Shown: piece after piece, positions 36,745 to 49,301 of the stretch | Numbering within the stretch: position 1 is the first letter of the stretch | Layout of the letters: each line of letters starts with the position of its first letter | Assembly (NCBI GenBank): GCA_050954845.1 | Contig: JBPBQK010000039.1 | Coordinates: 37,783-101,782 of the forward strand | DNA length: 64,000 nt | Direction of reading: 5' to 3' | DNA from: Janthinobacterium lividum | Lineage (GTDB): Bacteria; Bacteroidota; Bacteroidia; Cytophagales; Hymenobacteraceae | The notes under the pieces: generated by a model | What the model saw: the letters and a program-made list of their open reading frames with translations, nothing else | What the model was told of the DNA's origin: nothing | Database searches by the model: none | Translations under genes and position numbers: made by a program

Positions 36745-38253
36745 ATGAAAGAAATTGCAAATTTGGCCCGAATTGTGACATTACGCCGCCTCAAAAATGA
36801 GCCCTTGCTCGATTTGGATACGCGGCAGCCGGGAAAGGAAGCGCAGCTGGCCGCAATCTTAGCAGCCGATGCGCATATTACTGGCCCTCAGGCAGCTAAG
36901 CAAGTTTATGGCAAAAGCTCGGAGGCCAGCCAAACGGCCTTTTTGCGCCTGCGGGCCCGAGTGCAGGAAAAGCTGCTAAACCATCTTTTTTTTCTCGACC
37001 ATACCGATGCGCGCTTGTTTGTAGCGCGTCGCTATGAACTTGAATGTCTGGATTTGCTGCACAAGGTAACAATTTTATACTTAGAAGGCGAATATGCGCT
37101 GAGCGAGCGCCTGCTGCGGCGCTGCTTGCGCCAGGCCGAAAAGGGCGAGTTTACGAAATACGCTGAGCAGGCGTGCCAGCGCTTGAGTACCCTGTATGCC
37201 GAGCAGCGCCAGCAGCACAAATACAACACTTACAGTAAGAAGCTGGCCAAGCTGCGCCAAGTGCTTATTTATGAGCAGGAGGCGGAGCAAATGGCGACCC
37301 AGGTGCGCCTGACGATGACCCGGACGGTGACCATCCGGCGGACGCTGCTGCCCAAGATGCCCGGCTACATTGCCAAGGCCGAGCAGCTGCACCAGAAGGC
37401 GGGTAGCTTCACTACCTACGTATCGCTCTACCGCTTGCGCCTGATACAGGCAGAGTTAACCGGCCATTACGACGAGATTATTCGCTATACCACGGCGGCT
37501 ACGCAGCTGCTGCGCCAGGGCAAGCTCAATGAGCGGCGCTTCGACCAGCGCTTCAACCAGTTTATGAGCATGTATGCGCACTTGCGCAGCCGGCAATACA
37601 AGGCCGGCCTCAAGCTGGCCGAAGATTTTGCGGCCGATTTGCATCCTACTTCCAACAACTGGTTTTACTTCTACGAGCACTATTTGCTGCTGGCCCTGCA
37701 CGCCGGCGAATACGACCACGCCCTGCGCCTGCTGCACGTGGCGCACAAAAACCCGTCGTTTCCGAAGCAGCGGCCCGCCGCCCAAGAGCGCTGGCAACTG
37801 CTGCAAGCCTACGTAGAGTTTGTGCAGCCCGAGGAAACGCTGCCCCAGCGCCGCCGCATTCAGATGGCCACTGCCGCGCTGCTAGTGGTGCCCGAGTTCA
37901 CGCGCGACAAGCGGGGCTACAACGTGGCTATTCTGGTGTTTCAGCTGCTGCACTACCTGCGCCAGCGCGAGCTAGAGCCGGTGCTCACGCGCCTCGAGCG
38001 CCTGCGCAAGTACCAGCAGCGGCACCTACGCGACGCGGCCACCCTGCGCAGCCGCACGCTGCTGCGCCTGCTTATGCTGCTGCCCGAAGCCGAGTTTGAC
38101 CCCGAGGTGCTGGCCAAACGGGGCCAAACCCGCCTGGCGCAGCTAAGCCAGGCCCCTATGGTGGGCGATGCCGACGCCGAGGTCGAAATCATTCCCTACG
38201 AGCGGATTTGGGAGCTGACCCTTAGTATTTTGCGCGCTGGTACTCCACAATAG
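36745..38253 (+). CDS. soluble all-helical protein; putative N-terminal HTH plus TPR-like repeats (candidate peptide-responsive regulator)
   Basis: No signal peptide or TM segment; helix-turn-helix-like 'GPQAAKQVYG...AFLRLRARVQEKLL'; TPR-like units such as 'YLEGEYALSERLLRRCL' and 'LHAGEYDHALRLL'. Confidence 0.75.
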   Translation: MKEIANLARIVTLRRLKNEPLLDLDTRQPGKEAQLAAILAADAHITGPQAAKQVYGKSSEASQTAFLRLRARVQEKLLNHLFFLDHTDARLFVARRYELECLDLLHKVTILYLEGEYALSERLLRRCLRQAEKGEFTKYAEQACQRLSTLYAEQRQQHKYNTYSKKLAKLRQVLIYEQEAEQMATQVRLTMTRTVTIRRTLLPKMPGYIAKAEQLHQKAGSFTTYVSLYRLRLIQAELTGHYDEIIRYTTAATQLLRQGKLNERRFDQRFNQFMSMYAHLRSRQYKAGLKLAEDFAADLHPTSNNWFYFYEHYLLLALHAGEYDHALRLLHVAHKNPSFPKQRPAAQERWQLLQAYVEFVQPEETLPQRRRIQMATAALLVVPEFTRDKRGYNVAILVFQLLHYLRQRELEPVLTRLERLRKYQQRHLRDAATLRSRTLLRLLMLLPEAEFDPEVLAKRGQTRLAQLSQAPMVGDADAEVEIIPYERIWELTLSILRAGTPQ

Positions 38254-38274
38254 TCAGTAGCTTGTAGCTGCTGG

Positions 38275-38874
38275 CTACTGCACCACTACCACCTCCTGGG
38301 TGGCGCAGTGGCTGGCGGCGCAGCTGCCGGGGCCGTAGCCGCGCAAACTTAGGCGCACCTGATAGCGGCCAGCCTTGCGAAAGGTGTGGTCGATGCGGCG
38401 GCCCTGCTGGGTGAGGCCATCGCGAAAGTCCCAGATATAGAGCACGTTCTGGCAAGTGGGCAAGCCCGAGTCCAGGGCGTCGAAGGCTATCGCTTCGCCA
38501 ACGTGGATGGTTTTGGCGGGCAGGCTGAAGTAGATAACGGGCTGCGTAACGAGGTCTACTTCAAAGGTTTTTTCGGCCTTGCGCACCTCGCCGGTGGCGG
38601 GCACCAGCACATCGAGCACTACCTGGTAGCGGGCGCGGCGCTTGTAGCAGTGGCTGATAATGAGTCCGGTGAGAGTAGTGCTGTCGCCCATTTGCCAGCG
38701 GTATACCACGGGGCCCGCGGCCGGGTCCACAGAGCGGCTGGCATCAAAATCTACGCACATCTGGGGTAGGATTGGGGGCCCGCAGTCGGCGGCATCCTGG
38801 GCGTGGGCCGCTTGCGAGGCCAGCCCACCACCCGCCCAAACCGACAAAACCAACAAAGCGCGTAATAAACTCAT
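38275..38874 (-). CDS. secreted PKD-domain protein (two PKD-like repeats)
   Basis: 'FDASRS...YRWQMGD' and 'FDALDS...YIWDFRDG...HTF.KAGRYQVRL'. Confidence 0.85.
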   Translation of the reverse strand: MSLLRALLVLSVWAGGGLASQAAHAQDAADCGPPILPQMCVDFDASRSVDPAAGPVVYRWQMGDSTTLTGLIISHCYKRRARYQVVLDVLVPATGEVRKAEKTFEVDLVTQPVIYFSLPAKTIHVGEAIAFDALDSGLPTCQNVLYIWDFRDGLTQQGRRIDHTFRKAGRYQVRLSLRGYGPGSCAASHCATQEVVVVQ

Positions 38875-38965
38875 ACAAAAACAGGCTAACTAAATAAGCT
38901 GGCGATGGGGCCATAAGTGGCCAATGACCTAAGCCCACCGGCGGGCAAAGTAACGCCCTGCCGCC

Positions 38966-39748
38966 CTACAAGCGGTTGAGCCGCTGCAAAACGTTGCGCA
39001 GGTACGTCTGGCCCACTGGTATATATTTATCCTTGATTAGTAAAGAGTTGTCTTCCAGCGCCTGCACGCAATTGATGTTGGCAATGAAGGAGCGGTGCAC
39101 GCGCACAAACTGCGTGGGCGGAAATTTCTCCTCGATAGCCCGCATGGTGCTGTACACAATGAGCTTGCTTTGGCTGGTGACGATGTGCACGTAATCGCCG
39201 AGGGCCTCGACGTACTGCACCTCGCGAAAATCGACTCGCACCAGCTTGGTATCCATCTTCACAAATGTGAAATCGGGCTCGACGGCCGGGGTTACTAAGC
39301 CCGCAGTATCGCTTTCGGCGGCCCGTTCGGCTGTGATTATATCCAGAACTTTTTGGGCCGCCTGCAAAAAGCGCGGATAGGACAAAGGCTTGAGCAGGTA
39401 ATCGGCCACGGCAAACTCGAAGGCCTGCACTGCATAATTGTCGCTGCTGGTAATAAGCACGACTTGGGGTAGGTCAATTTGCATTCGCAGCAGGTCGATG
39501 CCCGACATCATGGGCATCTCGACATCCAGAAAAAGTACGTCGATAGGCTGGGCGTGAGTACGCAGTAGCTCAGCGGCTTCTAGCGCGTTGGTGAAGGAAC
39601 CGACTGCTTGCAAAAAGGGCGTATTGGCAATGCAGTTCAGAACAATTTGCACCGAAAGCGGGTCGTCGTCAACGACCAGACAACGGAGTGGAGCGGTAGC
39701 AGTAGCGGGCTCAGACGAAGAGGTAGGCATAGCAACAGTTGATTTCAT
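38966..39748 (-). CDS. LytTR-family response regulator
   Basis: VVDDD, FLDVEMP, DYLLKP receiver motifs; FVRVHRSFI LytTR motif. Confidence 0.95.
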   Translation of the reverse strand: MKSTVAMPTSSSEPATATAPLRCLVVDDDPLSVQIVLNCIANTPFLQAVGSFTNALEAAELLRTHAQPIDVLFLDVEMPMMSGIDLLRMQIDLPQVVLITSSDNYAVQAFEFAVADYLLKPLSYPRFLQAAQKVLDIITAERAAESDTAGLVTPAVEPDFTFVKMDTKLVRVDFREVQYVEALGDYVHIVTSQSKLIVYSTMRAIEEKFPPTQFVRVHRSFIANINCVQALEDNSLLIKDKYIPVGQTYLRNVLQRLNRL

Positions 39749-39876
39749 AATAGCTATTCATTACGGGCGATAAATTGTATAAAAGTAATACGACTAATCC
39801 TTATTAGTCAACATATCCGGACGGAAAAACAAGGAAATTGGTAAGAGGTAATACGTAAACAGAAAAAGAACAGGAT

Positions 39877-43497
<3,621 letters not shown>

Positions 43498-43632
43498 TTA
43501 AAACCCGGCTTATTGCCGGCGCGGCGCCATGCGTGCAAGTTAGGGAGATGCCTGGGCGGAGCTATTGCATTCAGGATTAGCGCGTCTATTTGCCCGGTTA
43601 GCCCCGGTAAATAGGCGGTGAAAAGGACGGGG

Positions 43633-45810
43633 CTAATTGCCCGCAATCACTTTAAACCCAGTGGGCCGGCTGGCATCGGTCACCGAAGCAGTGGCTTGGC
43701 CAGCCGCGGCAGTGCTAGCCGTGCTGAGGCGCGTGCGCGCAATGCCGTGGGTAGCCAGGTACGTGAGCACCGCCTCGGCGCGCGGCTGGCTGAGGTCGTT
43801 GCTGGCGGCGGCATCGGCCGGGCCGTTGGCGGGGCCGCTCAATTCTAGGCGCAGGCCGGGCTGCTCGGTTAGCAGCTGCTTGAGGCGCACCAACTCGGGC
43901 GCACTCTCGGGCCGCAGGTCGGCCTGCCCAGGGGCAAAGAAGATATTGCGCAGTTCTACCGTAGCGCCAGCCACGGGGCGGTTCAGCGCCACATCCTGCC
44001 GAATTTCGGCGTAGGGTGCATTCGCAGGTAGGTCAAAGTTTTCAGAATGCAGCAAATAGCCCACTTGGCGTACCGATACGCCGTAGTTCAGGCCCGAAGG
44101 CAAGCTGATGAGGTAGCGCCCGGTGGCCGCATTGGCCTGGTACGTAGCTACTACTTCATCTTTCTGGTTGTTAATCACTTCGATAGTAGCGCCCAGCGGC
44201 TGCTTGCTCACTGCATCCAGCACGATGCCTTTCAGAATAGTAACCTGGGCAGTAGCGGCCGCTACGACAGGGGCTGCGGGAGCGGCCTCGGGCGTAGGGG
44301 CCGGGGCGGCGGGCGCTAGTTTGGGCGCAACTTTAGCTGCTAAGGTTTTGGCTGGTGCAGCTTTGCTGGCAGTGGTTTTGCCAGCCACTGTTTTAGCAGG
44401 CACTTTGGCCGGCGTGGCGGGGCGCTTGGCGGCGGGGGTGGCGCGGGCCACTACGGGCGCGGGCTCCGGCCCCAAGAAGGTGACGCGGTAAATGTCCTTG
44501 CCGCCCTGGCCATCGGGCTGGTCCGAGGAATAGTAGGCGTGCTGGCCCGACGCGCCCGTCACAAAATACACATCATCGTCGGGGGTATTGATGGGCCAGC
44601 CCAGGTTTTCGGGTTCGCTCCACTGGCCTTTGGCATTGAGCGTCGATTTAAAAATATCGTAGCCGCCCATCGAGTCGTGGCCCTTCGAGGAGAAGTACAG
44701 TGTCTTGCCGTCGGGGTGCATAAACACGCCTTCCTCATCGTAGGGCGAGTTAATAATCGGGCCTAGGTTTTCGGCCGGCGTGCGGGCTTCCAGCTCCAGG
44801 CGGTAGATGTCGCGGCCGCCGCGGTTGCCGTCGGGCCGGTCGCTCACAAAGTACAGGTACTTGCCATCGGGCGAGTAGCAGGCCGACGATTCGGTGAACT
44901 TCGTATTGAGGCGCGCGCCCAGGCTCTTGGGCTTGCTCCAGGTGTTGCCCAGCAAGTTAGCTTCGTAGATATCGCCCTCGTTTTCTTCGGAATACACCAG
45001 TAGGCGCTGGCCATCGGCCGAAAGGCCCACGGTAGCATCGTGCTGCACAGTATTGATGGGCGCGCCCAAGTTGCGGGCCGGCCCCCAAGCCGTACCGGTC
45101 CAGTCGCTTTGGTAAATATCCTCCAGCATACCATCGCCCTCCGGGTCGAGCTGCCCGCCCGTCGAGCCTACCCGGCGCGAGGTCAGCAGCAGCACCGACT
45201 CATCGGCCGAGATAAGCGGGGCGTAGTCCGACATGGGCGAGTTAATGGCCGGGCCGGCATTTTCGAGCAGCACCCGCACCGGGTGGGCTTGCAGCTGCTG
45301 GCCGCGGTGGCACTCGCGCACGCGCTGAGCCAGGTCGTCGGTGGTCACGGCTACGTCGTCGCTGGTAGCGTCAGCAGCCACGGGGCGGGCCAGCTCATAT
45401 TCTTTAATGGCGGCGGCCCACTGCCCACCCAGGTGCAGGGCGCGGGCCAGCAGGTAGTGTAGCTTAGGCTCGGCAGTAGCATCAAGCTGCTGCGACTTTT
45501 GGAGGTAAGCCAGCGCCGCCTGCTTCGTGGAGGAATGCAAGTAGCACTCCCCAATCTTAGCATTAAGGATGGCATTGCTCGGATTGAATTTTTGCGCCCG
45601 TAGGTAGTGGGGTAAGGCTGCGCCAAAGCGGGCCGGGTCGGCCGTAAACTCGTGGTCGCCCAGGGCCAATTCATGCTGCGCCAGCTTCAGGCCATCTTTA
45701 TCAATCGTGAACTTCTCTTTGGTGAAGGGAATGCTCTGCGCATGCGCTAATGGCATACCAAGCAAGAAAACCCCAACCAACAGCGGTAAAAAACGAGTAG
45801 AAGAATACAT
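43633..45810 (-). CDS. TPR + PD40 + carboxypeptidase-regulatory-like + OmpA-like protein (PorE-like architecture)
   Basis: TPR N-terminus; PD40 repeats (YSPDGKYLYF, HPDGKTLYFSS); ELRNIFFAPG OmpA-like start. Confidence 0.85.
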   Translation of the reverse strand: MYSSTRFLPLLVGVFLLGMPLAHAQSIPFTKEKFTIDKDGLKLAQHELALGDHEFTADPARFGAALPHYLRAQKFNPSNAILNAKIGECYLHSSTKQAALAYLQKSQQLDATAEPKLHYLLARALHLGGQWAAAIKEYELARPVAADATSDDVAVTTDDLAQRVRECHRGQQLQAHPVRVLLENAGPAINSPMSDYAPLISADESVLLLTSRRVGSTGGQLDPEGDGMLEDIYQSDWTGTAWGPARNLGAPINTVQHDATVGLSADGQRLLVYSEENEGDIYEANLLGNTWSKPKSLGARLNTKFTESSACYSPDGKYLYFVSDRPDGNRGGRDIYRLELEARTPAENLGPIINSPYDEEGVFMHPDGKTLYFSSKGHDSMGGYDIFKSTLNAKGQWSEPENLGWPINTPDDDVYFVTGASGQHAYYSSDQPDGQGGKDIYRVTFLGPEPAPVVARATPAAKRPATPAKVPAKTVAGKTTASKAAPAKTLAAKVAPKLAPAAPAPTPEAAPAAPVVAAATAQVTILKGIVLDAVSKQPLGATIEVINNQKDEVVATYQANAATGRYLISLPSGLNYGVSVRQVGYLLHSENFDLPANAPYAEIRQDVALNRPVAGATVELRNIFFAPGQADLRPESAPELVRLKQLLTEQPGLRLELSGPANGPADAAASNDLSQPRAEAVLTYLATHGIARTRLSTASTAAAGQATASVTDASRPTGFKVIAGN

Positions 45811-46209
45811 AGCAAGATAAGGAAACAGGAAAGAAATAGGCCATGATTGGCTAACACCTACTACCTGGCTTCTTGATGCTGCAGAGTAGCGTAGTAGTAG
45901 GATAAGCGAACCTGATAATTTTATTTATTGTATAATGTCAAGATTTTTCTGAATGACTATCTCATTGTCAGCCTAAAGGTAAAGAGAAAAAAATGCAAAA
46001 ACACTAAGCGGTTGGCAGCTTGATTTTTTAAGTTAAAAAAATAGACGGTTGAGTGAGCGCTCATTGCGGATGCTAGCGGGCCGCCCACCCGCAATTTTGC
46101 CCGAACCTTTCGGGGGGCTTCCGACTTATGAAGGGCAGAGCGGCACCGGACGTACTTTTGTAAGGAAGCTGACGGCTGTTCCGCGCTTTTATCTCTTTAT
46201 CTACCCGTT

Positions 46210-46632
46210 ATGGCTGTTTATCCCGAATACATGGTAGCCCCCATCCGCCAGGATTTGGTGGAGGCTGGCTTCGAGCAATTGATGTCGCCGCAGGAAGTGG
46301 ACGCCGCCCTGGCTGCTACCGAAGGCACCGTACTAGTAGCCGTGAACTCGGTGTGCGGTTGCGCGGCTGGCAAGGCCCGCCCGGCCCTCAAGCTGGCCCT
46401 GGCCAGCGCTGACAAGAAGCCCACGAAACTCGTAACTGTGTTCGCCGGCATGGAAACCGACGCTGTGGCCAAAATGCGTGAGCACATGCTGCCGTATCCG
46501 CCCTCGTCTCCCTGCATCGGCCTGTTTAAGGACGGCGAGCTAGTGCACATGATTGAGCGCTATCACATCGAAGGCTCCGACATGATGCGCATTGTGAACA
46601 ACCTGCAAGGCGCGTTCGAAGAATATTGCTAA
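46210..46632 (+). CDS. BrxA/BrxB-family bacilliredoxin
   Basis: VNSVCGCAAGKARP (CGC motif), TVFAG, PPSSP, IER..IEG. Confidence 0.92.
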   Translation: MAVYPEYMVAPIRQDLVEAGFEQLMSPQEVDAALAATEGTVLVAVNSVCGCAAGKARPALKLALASADKKPTKLVTVFAGMETDAVAKMREHMLPYPPSSPCIGLFKDGELVHMIERYHIEGSDMMRIVNNLQGAFEEYC

Positions 46633-46853
46633 CCGCAGAGTCAAACGGATTAAACAGATTTAACGGATACGCCCGCCTGCGGCGGGCTGACTAAGCGAAT
46701 GTTTCGCTGGCCGTTACGCTGTAAACACTGCCAACAAAGAAAGGCCGCCTAAACAGGCGGCCTTTTTTTGTTTTACACCTGCACATTCGAATAGTCAGCC
46801 CGCCGCAGGCGGGCGTATCCGTTAAATCTGTTTAATCCGTTTGACTCTGCGGT
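46632..46853. repeat. MITE/REPIN-like element, copy 1 (62-bp perfect inverted arms)
   Basis: Arms 46632-46693 and 46792-46853; the interior contains a terminator hairpin at 46740-46769. Confidence 0.9.
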
Positions 46854-46871
46854 CTGGATATGCGGTTTAGG

Positions 46872-49082
46872 CTAATTAGCTACTTCACTCAGGAACTTGA
46901 TTCGCATCAGGCGTACTTCTTCTTCCGAGAAATCATCTGGCCCTAACTCATTCATGGCCACGGCGATATTGTCAGTGGTAGCCGACATAAAGTAGTCGTA
47001 AATCTCGTCCTGCTTGTCCTCATCCACCACATCCTGAATGTAGTAGTCGAGGTTTAGGCGGGTGCCCGAGTAGCAAATGTGCTCGACTTCCTCCATCAAA
47101 TCGGCCATCGTGATGCCCTGGCTGCGGGCAATGCCCGTTAGGTCCATCTTCTTATCGATTTGCTGGATGATATAGATTTTGAGCTTCGAGCGGTTCACCG
47201 TTGATTTAATAATCACATCGGCCGCCGTCTCAATCTCGTTTTCCTCTACATACTTCTTAATGGCAGCCGCAAAGGGCGCGCCGAATTTCTGCGCCTTGCC
47301 CTGGCCCACGCCCGAAATGTGCGTGAGTTCGTGCAAGCTCTGCGGGTACGTGGTGGCCATCTCCTTCAGGCTCGGGTCCTGGAAGAGCACGTAGGGCGGC
47401 AGGTTTTTTTGCTTGGCTACTTGCTTGCGCAGCTCCTTGAGGAGCGTGAAGAGCGCCTCGTCGTGGCCAGCGGCTTGCTGCGTTTTCTCGCCGTCTTCCT
47501 CCTCCTGCTTTTCGGCCTCGAAATCGTGGTCCTTGGTGAGCGTCATGCGGTAGGGATTTTCGATAAAATCGATACCCTTATCCGTAATATGTATCATGCC
47601 AATGGCATCGATATCCTTGTCCAGCAGGCCATTGAGTAAGCACTGGCGCAGTACCGACAGCCACACCTGCATGTCGCCGCTCAGAGCCTTGCCCTGGCCA
47701 TACACGGGCAGGCCATCGTGCCCGTAGCTGTCGATGTGGGGGTTGCGCAGGCCCAGTAGCACCTGGGCAATGTGGTCGAGGCCAAAGCGCGCCTCGGTTT
47801 GCACCACGGCGCGCAGGGCCAGGCCCACGTGCTCGGTACCGTCAAATTTCTCTTTGGGGTGGCGGCAGTTATCGCAAAAGCCGCAATCCTTGTCCAGTGC
47901 TTCGCCGAAGTAGTGCAGTAGCTGGCGGCGGCGGCACACCGACGACTCCGAGTAGTTCGTCATCTCCAGCAGCAGCTGCCGGGCGTTGTCGCGCTCGGTT
48001 ACCGGCTTGTCTTTGCTGAATTTTTCGAGCTTCAGAATATCATCGTAGCTGTAGAACATCAGGCAGTTGCCTTCCAGACCATCGCGGCCGCCGCGGCCGG
48101 TTTCCTGGTAGTAGCCCTCGATACTCTTGGGCGCATCGTAGTGAATAACGAAGCGTACGTCGGGCTTATCGATACCCATACCGAAGGCGATGGTGGCCAC
48201 AATCACGTCGCAGTCCTCGTTTAGGAACGCGTCCTGGTTGTTCATGCGGGTGTGCGGGTCGAGGCCGGCGTGGTAGGGAAGGGCGCGTACGTCGTTTACG
48301 CGCAGCAGCTCAGCCACTTCCTCTACCTTTTTGCGGCTCAGGCAGTAAATGATGCCCGCCTTGCCTTTGTGCGACTGCACGTATTGGATGAGCTGCTTTT
48401 TGGTATTGCGCTTGGCGCGCACCTCGTAGTAGAGGTTAGTGCGGTTGAACGACGTTTTAAAGACGCTCGCATCGTCCATGTGCAGGTTTTTCTGGATGTC
48501 CTGCTGCACCTTGGGCGTGGCCGTGGCCGTGAGCGCAATGAGCGGAATCTTACCCCCCAGGTTATCGATGATGCCGCGAATCTTGCGGTACTCGGGCCGG
48601 AAGTCGTGGCCCCACTCCGAGATGCAGTGCGCCTCGTCGATGGCCACGAACGAGATGGTAGCTTTTTGGAGAAAAGCAATAGTCTCATCCTTGGTCAGGC
48701 TTTCGGGGGCTACATATAATAGCCGCACTTCGCCCGCAATCACGTCTTTTTTAACGCGATTCATCTCCGTCTTAGTCAGGGTCGAATTGTACACTTGCGC
48801 GTTCACACCAAAGGCCGACAGCTGGTCGACCTGGTTTTTCATCAGCGCGATGAGCGGCGAGATAACAATGGCCGTGCCCGGCAGCACCAGCGCGGGCAGC
48901 TGGTAGCAGAGGCTTTTGCCTGCCCCCGTGGGCATAATGACAAATGTATTGTGGCCTGCTATAATATTCTGGATAACAGCTTCTTGCGTTCCCCTAAACT
49001 GCCCAAAACCAAATACTTCCTTGAGTTTAGTTTTTAATTGAGCGGCGGGCGCGAGAGGCTCCGCGGTAGCAAGCATGGGCAT
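46872..49082 (-). CDS. recQ: ATP-dependent DNA helicase RecQ
   Basis: MPTGAGKSLCYQLP, IDEAHC, ALTATA, ATIAFGMGIDKPDVR, QETGRGGRDG, Zn-binding Cys, HRDC. Confidence 0.97.
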   Translation of the reverse strand: MPMLATAEPLAPAAQLKTKLKEVFGFGQFRGTQEAVIQNIIAGHNTFVIMPTGAGKSLCYQLPALVLPGTAIVISPLIALMKNQVDQLSAFGVNAQVYNSTLTKTEMNRVKKDVIAGEVRLLYVAPESLTKDETIAFLQKATISFVAIDEAHCISEWGHDFRPEYRKIRGIIDNLGGKIPLIALTATATPKVQQDIQKNLHMDDASVFKTSFNRTNLYYEVRAKRNTKKQLIQYVQSHKGKAGIIYCLSRKKVEEVAELLRVNDVRALPYHAGLDPHTRMNNQDAFLNEDCDVIVATIAFGMGIDKPDVRFVIHYDAPKSIEGYYQETGRGGRDGLEGNCLMFYSYDDILKLEKFSKDKPVTERDNARQLLLEMTNYSESSVCRRRQLLHYFGEALDKDCGFCDNCRHPKEKFDGTEHVGLALRAVVQTEARFGLDHIAQVLLGLRNPHIDSYGHDGLPVYGQGKALSGDMQVWLSVLRQCLLNGLLDKDIDAIGMIHITDKGIDFIENPYRMTLTKDHDFEAEKQEEEDGEKTQQAAGHDEALFTLLKELRKQVAKQKNLPPYVLFQDPSLKEMATTYPQSLHELTHISGVGQGKAQKFGAPFAAAIKKYVEENEIETAADVIIKSTVNRSKLKIYIIQQIDKKMDLTGIARSQGITMADLMEEVEHICYSGTRLNLDYYIQDVVDEDKQDEIYDYFMSATTDNIAVAMNELGPDDFSEEEVRLMRIKFLSEVAN

Positions 49083-49266
49083 AGAATAGCAGCAGGGTGA
49101 TAGGGTAGAGTGAAGGTGATAAACGAAGATAAGAACAAAGTGAATTTTTTGCGAGAAAACTAGGTTTAGGCGCATCTATTTTCCAAAACTTCGCTTTTGG
49201 CCCGTGCAAAGCGGGTAGTGCTACCGAGCCCGAGCGGCCAATGGCGGTTACTTGGCCGCCTCGCCG

Positions 49267-49274
49267 TAGTTTTG
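49267..49274 (+). promoter_or_regulatory. -7 element upstream of the KpsF-like operon
   Basis: TAGTTTTG; supports a GTG start at 49302. Confidence 0.55.
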
Positions 49275-49301
49275 GCCGTGCATCCAACTTCCGACTCCCC
49301 C

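Noticed and set aside
46632-46853. Autonomous IS element or transposon
   Set aside because: No transposase ORF between the arms or in the window, and no clear target-site duplication. Kept only as a non-autonomous repeat.
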